Assembly: GCA_964290475.1 (NCBI GenBank)
Contig: CAXYPO010000002.1
Coordinates: forward strand, 580,146-612,145
Direction: 5' to 3'
Length of the DNA stretch: 32,000 nt
Source of the DNA: Enterobacter bugandensis
GTDB taxonomy: Bacteria > Pseudomonadota > Gammaproteobacteria > Enterobacterales > Enterobacteriaceae
The notes under the pieces are model-generated. The model had not been told where the DNA came from. It made no database searches and saw only the letters and a list, made by a program, of their open reading frames with translations. The translations under genes were made by a program, and so were the position numbers. Each line of letters opens with the position of its first letter. The first letter of the stretch is position 1. This document shows, in pieces, positions 1 to 9,152 of the stretch.

Positions 1-175
1 AACGATCAGAAAACGGTTTACCGGGTGGCAAGGGAGCTGCGAAATGCCTGACGTTGTCCCGGGCTGCGATACAGAGTCTCATGGTCGCTCATGTAGGGAA
101 CCCCCCTTTTTTCAGGCGTAGCCGCGCGCGGCTAATCTGCATAAACTACGCTAAACCCGCCTGAAGTGAGGAATT

Positions 176-724
176 ATGACCAGCACCGCTCCTGAAATTA
201 TCCCCGTCTGCGACAACATCGAACTGCGCGCCGTGGCCGAAGACCACGCCGGAGAGCTGCATCGGCTGGTGGTGAAAAACCGCGCCTGGCTACAGAACTT
301 TCTCGACTGGCCGCAGTATGTGGGAACCGTTGAGGACAGCCTGAAGAACATCCAGAGCAACCGGATGCTGCACGAGCGCGGTTACGCCAAAATGTTTCTC
401 ATCTTTCGGGATAACACCATGGTCGGGGTGCTGTCGTTTAACTCCATTGAGCCGCTGAATAAAACCGGCTATATCGGCTACTGGCTGGATGAAGAGCAGC
501 AGGGGCAGGGGATCCTCTCCCGGGCGCTACAGGCCTTTATTCACTATTATGCCGAACGCCGGGAGATCCGCCGGTTTGTGATCAAATGCCGGGTGGATAA
601 CGCCGCCAGCAACCGGGTGGCGCTCAATAATGGCTTTACGCTTGAAGGCTGCCTGAAAGAGGCGGAGTTTCTGAACGGGCGCTATGACGATCAGAACATC
701 TACGCCCGCATCCTGGATCTATAG
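176..724 (+). CDS. rimL: ribosomal-protein-L7/L12-serine N-acetyltransferase (GNAT family)
   Basis: 182-aa ORF with GAGGAA shortly upstream of the ATG. Colinear with recalled E. coli RimL ([52 protein letters not shown]). Convergent with ydcK as in K-12. Confidence 0.9.
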   Translation: MTSTAPEIIPVCDNIELRAVAEDHAGELHRLVVKNRAWLQNFLDWPQYVGTVEDSLKNIQSNRMLHERGYAKMFLIFRDNTMVGVLSFNSIEPLNKTGYIGYWLDEEQQGQGILSRALQAFIHYYAERREIRRFVIKCRVDNAASNRVALNNGFTLEGCLKEAEFLNGRYDDQNIYARILDL

Positions 725-1699
725 CGCCCCCAGCAGCGGGGTACGGATAATGCGCTGGGTACCGTTAATCACCTTCGCGCCGCGCAGGTGAATGGCCTCG
801 CCGTCCAGGGCCTCGATTACCGCATCGTCGGTGATATCAATATGATGCTCGATCAGCACTTCGCCGCTGATGCGCGCCCGGCCCTGGATCACCACTTTAT
901 CATCCACAAGAATGGGCCCGCCGCGCAGCCAGGCGTGGCCGCCAATCAGCACATGATGTTTGATAACGCAGTTGCCCTCCACAAGGGCATTTTCCGCCAC
1001 CTGGGAGCTGTAGCGCAGGGTGGGGATGGCATCCTCTTCCAGCCCGGCGCGCAGACGGGCGTTACCGTAGACTTTCGCGCAGTCGCACACCCAGACGTTG
1101 TTTAGTTCATTGCCTTCCAGCAGGGCATTGTCGAATACCTCGGCACGATGCTCCACAAAGGCAAATTTCACCATTGCGCGACCGTAGATCTGCGCCTGGT
1201 GCACCACCCGCGACTCGCTGACCGTGGCATCGCCGTAGATTTGCAGGATCTGCTCCCGGTCTGGGGTGAGCCCTTTCGCAGCAACGACCATGCTGTTGTG
1301 CAGAATGCGCGCATTGTTGAACAGCTGGCACTCCCCGCGTACCGCCGAGGCCTGCACCGTGACGTTGTCACTAATGCGCGCTCCGTGGCTTATCTCTGCG
1401 CTATCGATCCAGACGTTATCGCTAATTCGCGCGTGATGGCTGATAACGCAGGGGCCGGTGACCCGGGCATTGCCGGACACCTGCGCCCCGGCGAATACCA
1501 CGCTGTTCTCATCATAGATCCAGCAGTCGCCCTGTTGGCTCAGGGCTGACTCATCCTCCACCCAGCCGCCCCGGGTGCCGCTTGCCACATCGCTGAAATC
1601 CCGGCTGGCTATCAGCTGGCGGAGCATCACCGTCGATTTGCTATCGCCGTCCTGCCAGTGGTGCTGGCGCGTTTCGTCGCTGAGTCGATATTTGTTCAT
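719..1699 (-). CDS. ydcK: YdcK-type left-handed beta-helix (hexapeptide-repeat) putative acyltransferase
   Basis: Track ORF is 719..1738. I start it at the ATG at 1699 (MNKYRLSDE...), which fits the recalled E. coli YdcK N-terminus (KYRLS.., GGWV...[14 protein letters not shown]). Repeated ARISDNV/GNARV-type turns. Lies between rimL and tehA as in K-12. Confidence 0.85.
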   Translation of the reverse strand: MNKYRLSDETRQHHWQDGDSKSTVMLRQLIASRDFSDVASGTRGGWVEDESALSQQGDCWIYDENSVVFAGAQVSGNARVTGPCVISHHARISDNVWIDSAEISHGARISDNVTVQASAVRGECQLFNNARILHNSMVVAAKGLTPDREQILQIYGDATVSESRVVHQAQIYGRAMVKFAFVEHRAEVFDNALLEGNELNNVWVCDCAKVYGNARLRAGLEEDAIPTLRYSSQVAENALVEGNCVIKHHVLIGGHAWLRGGPILVDDKVVIQGRARISGEVLIEHHIDITDDAVIEALDGEAIHLRGAKVINGTQRIIRTPLLGAL

Positions 1700-1821
1700 T
1701 TTGGTTCCCGCTGAAGATCCCTCCACTAAACGTAGCAAAATTTAGGTTGATCGAAAGGGTGGCATCTGCAAATGAAACCTCTTAAAATAGCATTTCAAAT
1801 ATAATTTATATTTTCAAAAAA

Positions 1822-2826
1822 ATGTATAAAACCAACAAATCCGAACAAGTTCTTAACCTGCCATCCGGCTATTACGGCATGGTGCTGGGAACCATTGGCA
1901 TGGGTTTCGCCTGGCGCTATGCCGCCACTCTCTGGCCCGTATCCCACTGGCCCGGCGATATTCTGGTGACGCTGGCGATGGTTATCTGGCTGCTGCTGAC
2001 GGTGGCCTTTATCACCCGGGCGGTGCGCTTCCCGCACAGCGTGCTGGCGGAGATGCGCCATCCGGTCATGAGCAGTTTCGTGAGTCTTTTTCCGGCCACC
2101 ACTATGCTGGTGTCGATAGGGTTTGTCCCCTGGTATCGCCCACTGGCGCTGGTGCTGTTCAGCATTGGGGTGGTGGTGCAGCTGAGCTATGCCGCCTGGC
2201 AAAGCGCCGGGCTCTGGCGCGGTAAACATCCTGAAGAGGCCACTACGCCGGGGTTGTACCTGCCGACAGTCGCTAACAATTTTATCAGCGCCATGGCCTG
2301 CGGGGCGCTCGGTTTCCACGATGCCGGCCTGCTCTTTCTGGGGGCGGGGGTCTTCTCCTGGCTGAGCCTCGAGCCGGTGATTTTGCAGCGTTTACGCAGC
2401 GCGGGAGAACTGCCCACGGCGTTACGCACCTCGCTCGGCATCCAGCTGGCTCCCGCGCTGGTGGCCTGCAGCGCCTGGCTGAGCGTGAACGGCGGCGAGG
2501 CTGATACCTTCGCCAAAATGCTCTTCGGCTACGGCCTGCTGCAACTGCTCTTTACCCTGCGCCTGATGCCCTGGTATCTGTCGCAGCCCTTTAACGCGTC
2601 GTTCTGGAGCTTTTCGTTCGGCGTGTCGGCGCTGGCAACCACCGGTCTCCATCTGGGGCAGAGCAGCGCTTCCGGGCTGTTCCACCTGATTGCTATCCCG
2701 CTGTTTATTTTTACCAATGCCATTATTGCGCTGTTACTGGCGCGTACCTTTATATTGCTGTTGCAGGGCAAGCTGTTAGTCCGCGCAGACAAAGCCACCC
2801 TTATGCAGGCTGAGGAACAAAAATGA
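1822..2826 (+). CDS. tehA: tellurite-resistance / dicarboxylate-transporter family membrane protein TehA
   Basis: 334-aa polytopic ORF, near-identical over long stretches to recalled E. coli TehA ([22 protein letters not shown]..., [56 protein letters not shown]). ATGA overlap with tehB. Confidence 0.95.
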   Translation: MYKTNKSEQVLNLPSGYYGMVLGTIGMGFAWRYAATLWPVSHWPGDILVTLAMVIWLLLTVAFITRAVRFPHSVLAEMRHPVMSSFVSLFPATTMLVSIGFVPWYRPLALVLFSIGVVVQLSYAAWQSAGLWRGKHPEEATTPGLYLPTVANNFISAMACGALGFHDAGLLFLGAGVFSWLSLEPVILQRLRSAGELPTALRTSLGIQLAPALVACSAWLSVNGGEADTFAKMLFGYGLLQLLFTLRLMPWYLSQPFNASFWSFSFGVSALATTGLHLGQSSASGLFHLIAIPLFIFTNAIIALLLARTFILLLQGKLLVRADKATLMQAEEQK

Positions 2827-3416
2827 GAGTTGATGAGAACTACTTTACCGACAAATACGGCATGACCCGCACCCACTCCGAGGTGGTGAACGCGGCCGGT
2901 ATCGTTAAGCCGGGCAAAACCCTCGATCTGGGCTGCGGTAACGGGCGTAACAGTCTCTATCTGGCGGCAAACGGCTATGACGTCACCGCCTGGGATAAAA
3001 ATCCGGCCAGCATCGCGAATATCGAAAGTATTCAGGCCAAAGAGGGCATCACCAACCTGCAGACGGCGATCAAGGATCTGAACACCCTGAGCTTTGAGGG
3101 GGAGTACGATTTTATCCTCTCCACCGTGGTGCTGATGTTCCTGGAAGCGCAGACCATTCCGGGGCTAATCGCTAACATGCAGCGCTGCACCAAGGCGGGT
3201 GGCTATAACCTGATCGTGGCGGCGATGGATACCGAAGACTATCCGTGCACCGTCGGCTTCCCCTTTGCCTTTAAAACGGGCGAGCTGAAGGATTACTACG
3301 CCGGCTGGGAGCTGCTTAAGTACAACGAGGACGTCGGCGAGTTACACCGCACCGACGCCCAGGGGAACCGCATCAAGCTGCGTTTCGCCACCATGCTGGC
3401 GCGCAAGCCCGCTTAA
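2823..3416 (+). CDS. tehB: tellurite methyltransferase TehB (SAM-dependent)
   Basis: 197 aa. Matches recalled E. coli TehB ([124 protein letters not shown]). Confidence 0.95.
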   Translation: MRVDENYFTDKYGMTRTHSEVVNAAGIVKPGKTLDLGCGNGRNSLYLAANGYDVTAWDKNPASIANIESIQAKEGITNLQTAIKDLNTLSFEGEYDFILSTVVLMFLEAQTIPGLIANMQRCTKAGGYNLIVAAMDTEDYPCTVGFPFAFKTGELKDYYAGWELLKYNEDVGELHRTDAQGNRIKLRFATMLARKPA

Positions 3417-4642
3417 CGGGCGGCCAGCAGGCAGATTTGCAGCGCGGTGTTGTAAGAGGCCTCGAACGACGACAGCGGTAAAAACTCAAACTTCGAGTGG
3501 AAGTTATGGGCGCCGGTGAAGAAGTTCGGGGTCAGTAGCCCTTTCGCCGAGAGGGCCGCGCCGTCGGTGCCGCCGCGCATCGGGGTCGGTTTAGGGGTGA
3601 TACCCAGGCTCTCCATCGCGGCAAACATCAGGTCAATGGCACGACGGTCTTTGCCAATGGCGTTGCTGATGTTGCTGTAGGTATCTTCGATGTGCCAGCT
3701 CACCTTCGCGGTGGGGTATTGCGCCGCGATTTTGTCGGCCACGTCGGCAATCTGCACTTTACGGGCGGCAAAGCTGTGGCGGCAAAAATCGCGAATGCTG
3801 GCCTTCAGCACCGCCTCGTTCTGCCCGGCCTGGATACCGTTAAACCAGATATAACCTTCGCGCCCTTCGGTGCATTCCGGCGTCTGCTGGCGATCGAAGT
3901 GGCTGATGTAATCGGTGGCCATCAGCAGGGGATTAACCAGCACCCCTTTGGCCGACATCGGGTGAGCGGTAACGCCGGTGAAGTGGATCTCCGCCGCGGC
4001 GGCGTTAAAGTTCTCATAAACGATTTCGCCCAGCTCGCAGCAATCAATAGTCCAGGCAAAATCAACGTCAAAGCGCTTTAGATCCAGCGCCTTTGCGCCG
4101 TTCAGGCCAATCTCCTCGTCCGGCACGAAGGCCACGACGATATCCCCGTGCTGATGCTCCGGGGTGAGGTTCTCCAGCAGCGTCATCACCACCGTCACCG
4201 CCGATTTATTATCGGCGCCCAGCACGCTGGTCCCGTCGCTGAAAATAATCTCTTCGTTGGGGTAGGCGAGTATTTCTGGATGTTCACTCACCCGCAGCCA
4301 GATCTCTTTTTCTTTATTCAGACAGAGATCATCACCGGTAAAAGTTAATATTTGTGGATGAATATCCGGTGATAATCCGACGTCGACCGTATCAATATGG
4401 GTAATAAAACCGATGCGCGGCGCACCCGGAACATTGCCTTTTTTTACCGCCGTTACGGTGGCAAATTCATCGATGATAATATCGCTCAGACCCAGGGAGC
4501 CCAGCTCTTTCGCCAGCTCGCGGGCCATCTCATGCTGGCCCGGCGTGGAGGGGAGGGTTTTTACTTTTGGATCGCTCTGGCTGGTAATGGCGAGATAGCG
4601 AAAAAAGCGTTGGGTTAATTGTCTGGATAGCGCTGAAGCCAT
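3413..4642 (-). CDS. peptidase T-like tripeptide aminopeptidase (M20B family paralogue)
   Basis: 409 aa, same length class as E. coli PepT. Shares recalled PepT motifs (GF.SH.DT, LGADDK/LGADNKS, HGDI.VAF.PDEE.G.GAK, ENFNAA, RGGTDGA.LS..GL..PN.FTG..N.H...EF). Not at the K-12 pepT locus, so I call it a paralogue. Confidence 0.85.
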   Translation of the reverse strand: MASALSRQLTQRFFRYLAITSQSDPKVKTLPSTPGQHEMARELAKELGSLGLSDIIIDEFATVTAVKKGNVPGAPRIGFITHIDTVDVGLSPDIHPQILTFTGDDLCLNKEKEIWLRVSEHPEILAYPNEEIIFSDGTSVLGADNKSAVTVVMTLLENLTPEHQHGDIVVAFVPDEEIGLNGAKALDLKRFDVDFAWTIDCCELGEIVYENFNAAAAEIHFTGVTAHPMSAKGVLVNPLLMATDYISHFDRQQTPECTEGREGYIWFNGIQAGQNEAVLKASIRDFCRHSFAARKVQIADVADKIAAQYPTAKVSWHIEDTYSNISNAIGKDRRAIDLMFAAMESLGITPKPTPMRGGTDGAALSAKGLLTPNFFTGAHNFHSKFEFLPLSSFEASYNTALQICLLAAR

Positions 4643-4752
4643 GGTGGATCCTTCTTTATTTGTCTTATCAGGTGTTTGCGTTGTCGCTTTAATGTTATTT
4701 ATGAAATGGCTGAATAATGATTAGCCGTCGAATTAAAAGACAGGAAAACGCG

Positions 4753-6345
4753 ATGAAAAGCAAGCTCACAACTTTAGCTCTGGCCATGGCCGCGCTGACG
4801 GTCAGTTCCACCGTTGCCGCCAAAACGCTGGTGTACTGTTCAGAAGGATCGCCCGAGAACTTTAACCCGCAGCTCTATACTTCTGGCACCAGCGTGGACG
4901 CCAGCGCCGTGCCGGTCTACAACCGCCTGGTGGATTTTAAGCCCGGTACCACCGAGCTGGTGCCGAGCCTCGCCGAAAGCTGGGAGGTGAGCGAAGATGG
5001 CAAGGTCTACACCTTCCACCTGCGTAAAGGGGTGAAGTTCCAGAGCAACAAGCTCTTTAAACCCACCCGCGACTTTAACGCCGACGATGTGATCTTCTCG
5101 TTTATGCGGCAAAAAGATGCAAAGCATCCGTACCACAACGTCTCTAACGGCAGCTACTCCAACTTCGAAAGCCTGGAGTTTGGCTCGTTGATCACCGCCA
5201 TCGACCGGGTGGACGACCACACCGTGCGCTTTACCCTGGCCCATCCGGAAGCGCCTTTTGTCGCCGACCTGGCCTGGTATTTCGCCTCGATTCTTTCGGC
5301 AGAATATGCCGACGCGATGTTAAAAGCGGGCACGCCAGAAAAGGTAGATATGGATCCTATCGGCACCGGCCCGTTTAAGCTGGCCCAGTATCAGAAGGAT
5401 TCACGCATCCTGTTTACCGCCTTCCCGGAGTATTGGCAGGGCAAAGCGAAGATCGACCGACTGGTCTTCAGCATCACCCCGGACGCCAGCGTTCGCTTTG
5501 CTAAGCTTGAGAAAAACGAGTGTCAGGTGATGCCGTTCCCCAATCCGGCCGATCTGCCGCGCATGAAGGCCAATAAAGATATTAACCTGATGAGCAAGGC
5601 GGGGCTGAATACCGGCTTCCTGGCCTTCAATACGCAAAAAGCGCCGCTGGATAACGTCAAAGTGCGCCAGGCGCTGGCGATGGCTATCAACAAGCCGGCG
5701 ATTATTGAGGCGGTCTTCCACGGCACCGGCACGGCCGCAAAAAACCTGCTGCCGCCCGGCGTCTGGAGCGCCGACAGCGAGCTGAAAGATTACGATTACG
5801 ACCCGGAAAAAGCCAAAGCGCTGCTGAAAGAGGCAGGCTTCGCCAACGGCATGACCATCGACCTGTGGGCGATGCCGGTCCAGCGCCCCTATAACCCCAA
5901 CGCCAAACGCATGGCTGAGATGATCCAGGCCGACTGGGCGAAAATTGGCGTCCAGACAAAGGTGGTAACCTACGAGTGGGGCGAATACCTCAAGCGCGTG
6001 AAGGGGGGCGAGCACCAGGCGGCGCTGATGGGCTGGACCACCGCCACCGGCGATCCGGATAACTTCTTTGGCCCGCTCTTTACCTGCACCTCTGCGAACG
6101 GCGGGTCGAACTCGGCGAAATGGTGTTATCAGCCGTTCGATAAACTAATCGCGGAAGCAAAATCGATAACCGATCGGGATAAACGCACGGCGCTTTATAA
6201 AGAGGCGCAGCAGATGATGCACGATCAAATGCCAGCGGTGATGATTGCCCACTCAACCATCTTTGAGCCGGTACGTAAATCGGTAACGGGTTACGAAATC
6301 GATCCTTTTGGTAAACATCTATTCTGGCAGGTGGATATTAAATAA
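4753..6345 (+). CDS. periplasmic dipeptide-binding protein, DppA paralogue (ABC family-5 SBP)
   Basis: Track ORF starts at 4717. I prefer the ATG at 4753 (AGGAAA 7 nt upstream; MKSKLTTLALAMAALTVSSTVAA signal peptide). Long identity runs to recalled E. coli DppA (KTLVYCSEGSPE.FNPQL, DLWAMPVQRPYNPNA.RMAEMIQADWAK.GVQ.K.VTYEWGEYLKR.K.GEHQ). No permease or ATPase genes adjacent. Confidence 0.9.
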   Translation: MKSKLTTLALAMAALTVSSTVAAKTLVYCSEGSPENFNPQLYTSGTSVDASAVPVYNRLVDFKPGTTELVPSLAESWEVSEDGKVYTFHLRKGVKFQSNKLFKPTRDFNADDVIFSFMRQKDAKHPYHNVSNGSYSNFESLEFGSLITAIDRVDDHTVRFTLAHPEAPFVADLAWYFASILSAEYADAMLKAGTPEKVDMDPIGTGPFKLAQYQKDSRILFTAFPEYWQGKAKIDRLVFSITPDASVRFAKLEKNECQVMPFPNPADLPRMKANKDINLMSKAGLNTGFLAFNTQKAPLDNVKVRQALAMAINKPAIIEAVFHGTGTAAKNLLPPGVWSADSELKDYDYDPEKAKALLKEAGFANGMTIDLWAMPVQRPYNPNAKRMAEMIQADWAKIGVQTKVVTYEWGEYLKRVKGGEHQAALMGWTTATGDPDNFFGPLFTCTSANGGSNSAKWCYQPFDKLIAEAKSITDRDKRTALYKEAQQMMHDQMPAVMIAHSTIFEPVRKSVTGYEIDPFGKHLFWQVDIK

Positions 6346-6353
6346 CCTTTAAG

Positions 6354-6387
6354 CGCTGCCCGGATAATATTCGGGCAGCGTTTTTTT
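6354..6387 (+). terminator. rho-independent terminator after the dppA-like gene
   Basis: CGCTGCCCG (6354-6362) / CGGGCAGCG (6372-6380) form a 9-bp stem with a 9-nt loop, followed by TTTTTTT (6381-6387). Confidence 0.85.
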
Positions 6388-6485
6388 GATTTCTTTCGCA
6401 GCCCTCATTTTTTGTCACAACGTGCGGATATATCTTTTGCTATAACTTCATCTGCATATCTGCAATTCACAGGAAAATACCCATT

Positions 6486-7160
6486 ATGCGTACTAAAACT
6501 TTATTTAAAGTTGCTGCGCTCTCTGGCCTGCTGATGCTAGCTGGCTGCGCATCTAAAGTGGCCCAGCCAGATCAATATTCAGGCTTTTTAAAAGACTACT
6601 CCGGCTTACAGCAAACCACGTCGGCCTCGGGTAAACCGACACTGCGCTGGGTTGATCCCTCTTATGATGAATCCAAATACGACAGCATTCTCTGGACGCC
6701 GGTAACCTATTATCCCACGCCAAAACCTACCACCCAGTTGGGCCAGAAGGCGCTGAATGATATTCAGGCCTATACCGATAGCAAACTGAAAGCCGCCGTG
6801 GGCCAGCGTAAGCCCATCGTGACCACGCCGGGCAAACACAGCCTGATCTTCCGCGGCGCCATCACCGGCGTAAGCTCGCAGAAAGAGGGTTTACAGTTCT
6901 ATGAAGTGGTGCCCGTTGCGCTGGTGGTTGCAGGTACGCAAATGGCGACCGGCCATCGCACCATGGATACCCATCTCTTCTTCGAAGGCGAGTTGATTGA
7001 CGCCGCGACCAATAAGCCGGTTATTAAAGTGGTTCGTAAAGGTGAGGGTAAAGAGCTGAACAACGAGAACGCGCCTATGACTCTGGCGACCCTGAAGCAG
7101 GTTGTTGACGACATGGCGACGGACGCCACCATGTTTGATGTGACTAAAACCGCTAAATAA
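6486..7160 (+). CDS. ydcL: lipoprotein YdcL (DUF3313-type)
   Basis: 224 aa with a lipobox (LLMLAGC). Strong match to recalled E. coli YdcL (KPTLRWVDPS.D.SKYDSI.W.P.TYYP.PKP, SLIFRGAITGV...KEGLQFYEVVPVALVVAGTQMATGHRTMDT.L.FEGELIDAATNKPVIKVVR.GEGK.LNNE, DDMATDATMFDV). Confidence 0.9.
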   Translation: MRTKTLFKVAALSGLLMLAGCASKVAQPDQYSGFLKDYSGLQQTTSASGKPTLRWVDPSYDESKYDSILWTPVTYYPTPKPTTQLGQKALNDIQAYTDSKLKAAVGQRKPIVTTPGKHSLIFRGAITGVSSQKEGLQFYEVVPVALVVAGTQMATGHRTMDTHLFFEGELIDAATNKPVIKVVRKGEGKELNNENAPMTLATLKQVVDDMATDATMFDVTKTAK

Positions 7161-7168
7161 GCCTCTGT

Positions 7169-7193
7169 TCCGGCCTGCCTTGCGCAGGCCGGA
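7169..7193. terminator. bidirectional stem-loop between convergent ydcL and the EamA gene
   Basis: TCCGGCCTGC (7169-7178) / GCAGGCCGGA (7184-7193) form a 10-bp stem with a 5-nt loop. CCTTTTA follows on the + strand. It sits in the 37-bp gap between two stop codons. Confidence 0.7.
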
Positions 7194-7197
7194 CCTT

Positions 7198-8094
7198 TTA
7201 TGCCAGCCGCGCCCGCCTGAACCAGGTCTCCGGCTTCGCGAACATCACCAGATTCCCCGTTAAGATCAGCAGCAGCCCCGCAATGGCGTTGGTATGCCAG
7301 ACATACCCTTCATACACCGTTGAGAACGACAGCGCCACCAGCGGGAAAAGCAGGGTGCTGTAAGCGGCCTTGCCCGCGCCAATGCGCCCCACCAGGGTAA
7401 AATAGGCGCCAAAGGCAATAACCGAGCCGAACAGAGCCAGATAGAGCAGGGCGCCCATATAGCTCACCGTCCACAGTGGCGTAAAGCTGTTCCCGCGGAC
7501 CAGGGCAATCGCCCCCATCACCAGGGTGCCGTACAGCATCGCCCAGGCGTTGGTGGTCATGGTCTCAAGGTCATTGCGCTGATGACGCAGGCTGATCATA
7601 TTCCCGAGCGAGAAGCCGTAGGTACCAAGAGCCGACAGGGCGATACCGGCGAGCAGCCCCGCGCTCCAGCCGCTGGCAATTAAATCGCTCCAGAAGAGGG
7701 TGATAATCCCCAGCAGCCCCAGCGCGGCCGCCAGATAAAAACGCGACGGCGGGCGCTGGCCAAAGAACAGAAAACTGTTCAGGGCGTTATAGAGCACCGC
7801 CATTGAGAAAATCACCGATTCCAGCCCGGTATTGATGTAGCCGGCGGCAGTGTAAAAACACCAGAAATTGAAACAGAAGACGCAGCAGCCCTGCATAAAA
7901 CAAAACAGATGATCCCGCGGGCGCATTTTTCGCAGGCGACCCAGGCACGTCAGCACCAGCATAATGGCGGCAGTTGCCACCGCAAAGCGCCAGAAAATGG
8001 AGACCGGCGCCGCCACCGGCCCCTGCTGTAAATAGATCGCAATCCAGGTCGTTCCCCAGATAACCACCACCAGCCCGTATAATAATGCGTTCAT
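7198..8094 (-). CDS. EamA/DMT-superfamily transporter
   Basis: Track ORF is 7198..8178. I start at the ATG at 8094 (MNALLYGLVVVIWGTTWIAI...), which begins directly in a TM helix. About 10 hydrophobic segments, with the GTTW motif typical of EamA repeats. Family call rests on pattern recognition only. Confidence 0.75.
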   Translation of the reverse strand: MNALLYGLVVVIWGTTWIAIYLQQGPVAAPVSIFWRFAVATAAIMLVLTCLGRLRKMRPRDHLFCFMQGCCVFCFNFWCFYTAAGYINTGLESVIFSMAVLYNALNSFLFFGQRPPSRFYLAAALGLLGIITLFWSDLIASGWSAGLLAGIALSALGTYGFSLGNMISLRHQRNDLETMTTNAWAMLYGTLVMGAIALVRGNSFTPLWTVSYMGALLYLALFGSVIAFGAYFTLVGRIGAGKAAYSTLLFPLVALSFSTVYEGYVWHTNAIAGLLLILTGNLVMFAKPETWFRRARLA

Positions 8095-8279
8095 TGTTTC
8101 TCTCTTATTGCTTAGCAGGCGTACAGTATCGGGCCGCACGGCCGGGATGGCTTTCATCTGCTTGCGCTCTACTTGCAAATTCTTGCGCTTTTTTCCGGGC
8201 CCGTCGCGAACAGGGGTGGCACCGGCGAGAGGATCTTTTTAGAATGTTAATCATGGGTTAACGGAAGGATGTGGGCGTT

Positions 8280-9152
8280 ATGGCTGAGATGTACGGTGCC
8301 TTTGAAAATCTGCGCAGGCATAAGGCCGTGCTGCATAATGCGGTGGCGCTGAATTCGGGGATCCAGCTGGCGGCCTGGTCTAATAAACGCGACACCATCA
8401 CCCAGTATTGCGACCACCACACCCTGAGCCTGTACGTGGCCGACGGCTACGAGAGCTACCATAAAACCGCCGCCGGCTGGAAAAACGGCGGCGGCCCGGA
8501 TCGCTTCTGCCTGATGCCGAAAGAGAGCGAGTCGAGCTGGGATATCCGCGACGATCTCTCCTTTGTGCACCTCTACTGCACCGATGCCCATCTGCGCGAG
8601 GTGGGTGAGAAGATCTGGGATAAGAGCCCCTACGCCGTTAACCTGGACGAGAGCCTCTTCGGCGACGACCCGAAGATCACCGCGCTCTACCGCCACTTTA
8701 TCCTCGGCTGCGACTGGGCGCAGGCGGCAAACCAGCTGACGCTAAGCAGCGCCTCCACGCTGCTGTTGACCCATCTGATCCAGGACTACAGCAACGTCCA
8801 GTGGAAGCTACCTGCCGTCACCGGCGGGCTGTCACCCTTTACCCTGCGCAACGTGCTGGCGTATATCGAAGAGAACCTTTCTCAGCCGCTGACCCTGGCG
8901 GATCTCGCCGCCCAGGCAAGCCTGAGCGAATACCATTTTGCCCGCATGTTTCGCCAGTCCATGCAGCTGGCGCCGCACCAGTACGTTATGCAGCGGCGGA
9001 TGGAGCATGCCCGGGTGCTGGTGCAAACCACGCAGCGCCCGCTGACCGAAATTGCCCTGGCCTGCGGGTTTAGCTCGGCCAGCCACTTCAGTAATCGCTT
9101 TCGCAGCGTCTATGGCATCACCCCGAGCCAGCTACGCGCGGCGCGGACGTAA
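8280..9152 (+). CDS. AraC/XylS-family transcriptional regulator
   Basis: C-terminal double-HTH signature (LTLADLAAQASLSEYHFARMFRQ...; IALACGFSSASHFSNRFRSVYGITPSQLR). The track start GTG at 8271 is only 1 nt after GGAAGGA. The ATG at 8280 has better spacing, so the start is uncertain by 9 nt. Divergent from the EamA gene. Confidence 0.85.
   Translation: MAEMYGAFENLRRHKAVLHNAVALNSGIQLAAWSNKRDTITQYCDHHTLSLYVADGYESYHKTAAGWKNGGGPDRFCLMPKESESSWDIRDDLSFVHLYCTDAHLREVGEKIWDKSPYAVNLDESLFGDDPKITALYRHFILGCDWAQAANQLTLSSASTLLLTHLIQDYSNVQWKLPAVTGGLSPFTLRNVLAYIEENLSQPLTLADLAAQASLSEYHFARMFRQSMQLAPHQYVMQRRMEHARVLVQTTQRPLTEIALACGFSSASHFSNRFRSVYGITPSQLRAART

Noticed and set aside
1-92. Possible gene fragments at the left edge (frame-1 ORF ending at TGA 49-51; minus-strand 24-codon ORF at 18-92 with a G-rich upstream tract)
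   Set aside because: They are too short and unrecognisable. They do not resemble E. coli YdcH, which precedes rimL in K-12. I leave them unannotated.
119-134. Perfect 16-bp palindrome TAGCCGCGCGCGGCTA upstream of rimL, preceded by CCCCCCTTTTTT
   Set aside because: The T-run precedes rather than follows the hairpin on the + strand, and no U-tract follows on the - strand, so it is not a supportable terminator. I cannot name a cognate regulator. I note it only as an alternating CG palindrome.
719-1738. N-terminal extensions given by the ORF track (ydcK 1738, dppA-like 4717, EamA 8178, ydcO 10364, cydA-like 16306, ydcS 19741, ydcU 21925, flagellin 25347, yeaR paralogue 27727, ortT 28040, hydrolase 29326)
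   Set aside because: In each case an internal ATG has a proper SD and/or matches the recalled N-terminus of the E. coli orthologue. The extensions overlap upstream genes or lack ribosome-binding sites.
4700-4718. Fur-box-like GAATAATGATTAGCC in the pepT-like/dppA-like divergent region
   Set aside because: Only an 8-nt core (ATAATGAT) matches, with roughly 11/19 overall. This is below what I would accept without a matrix score.
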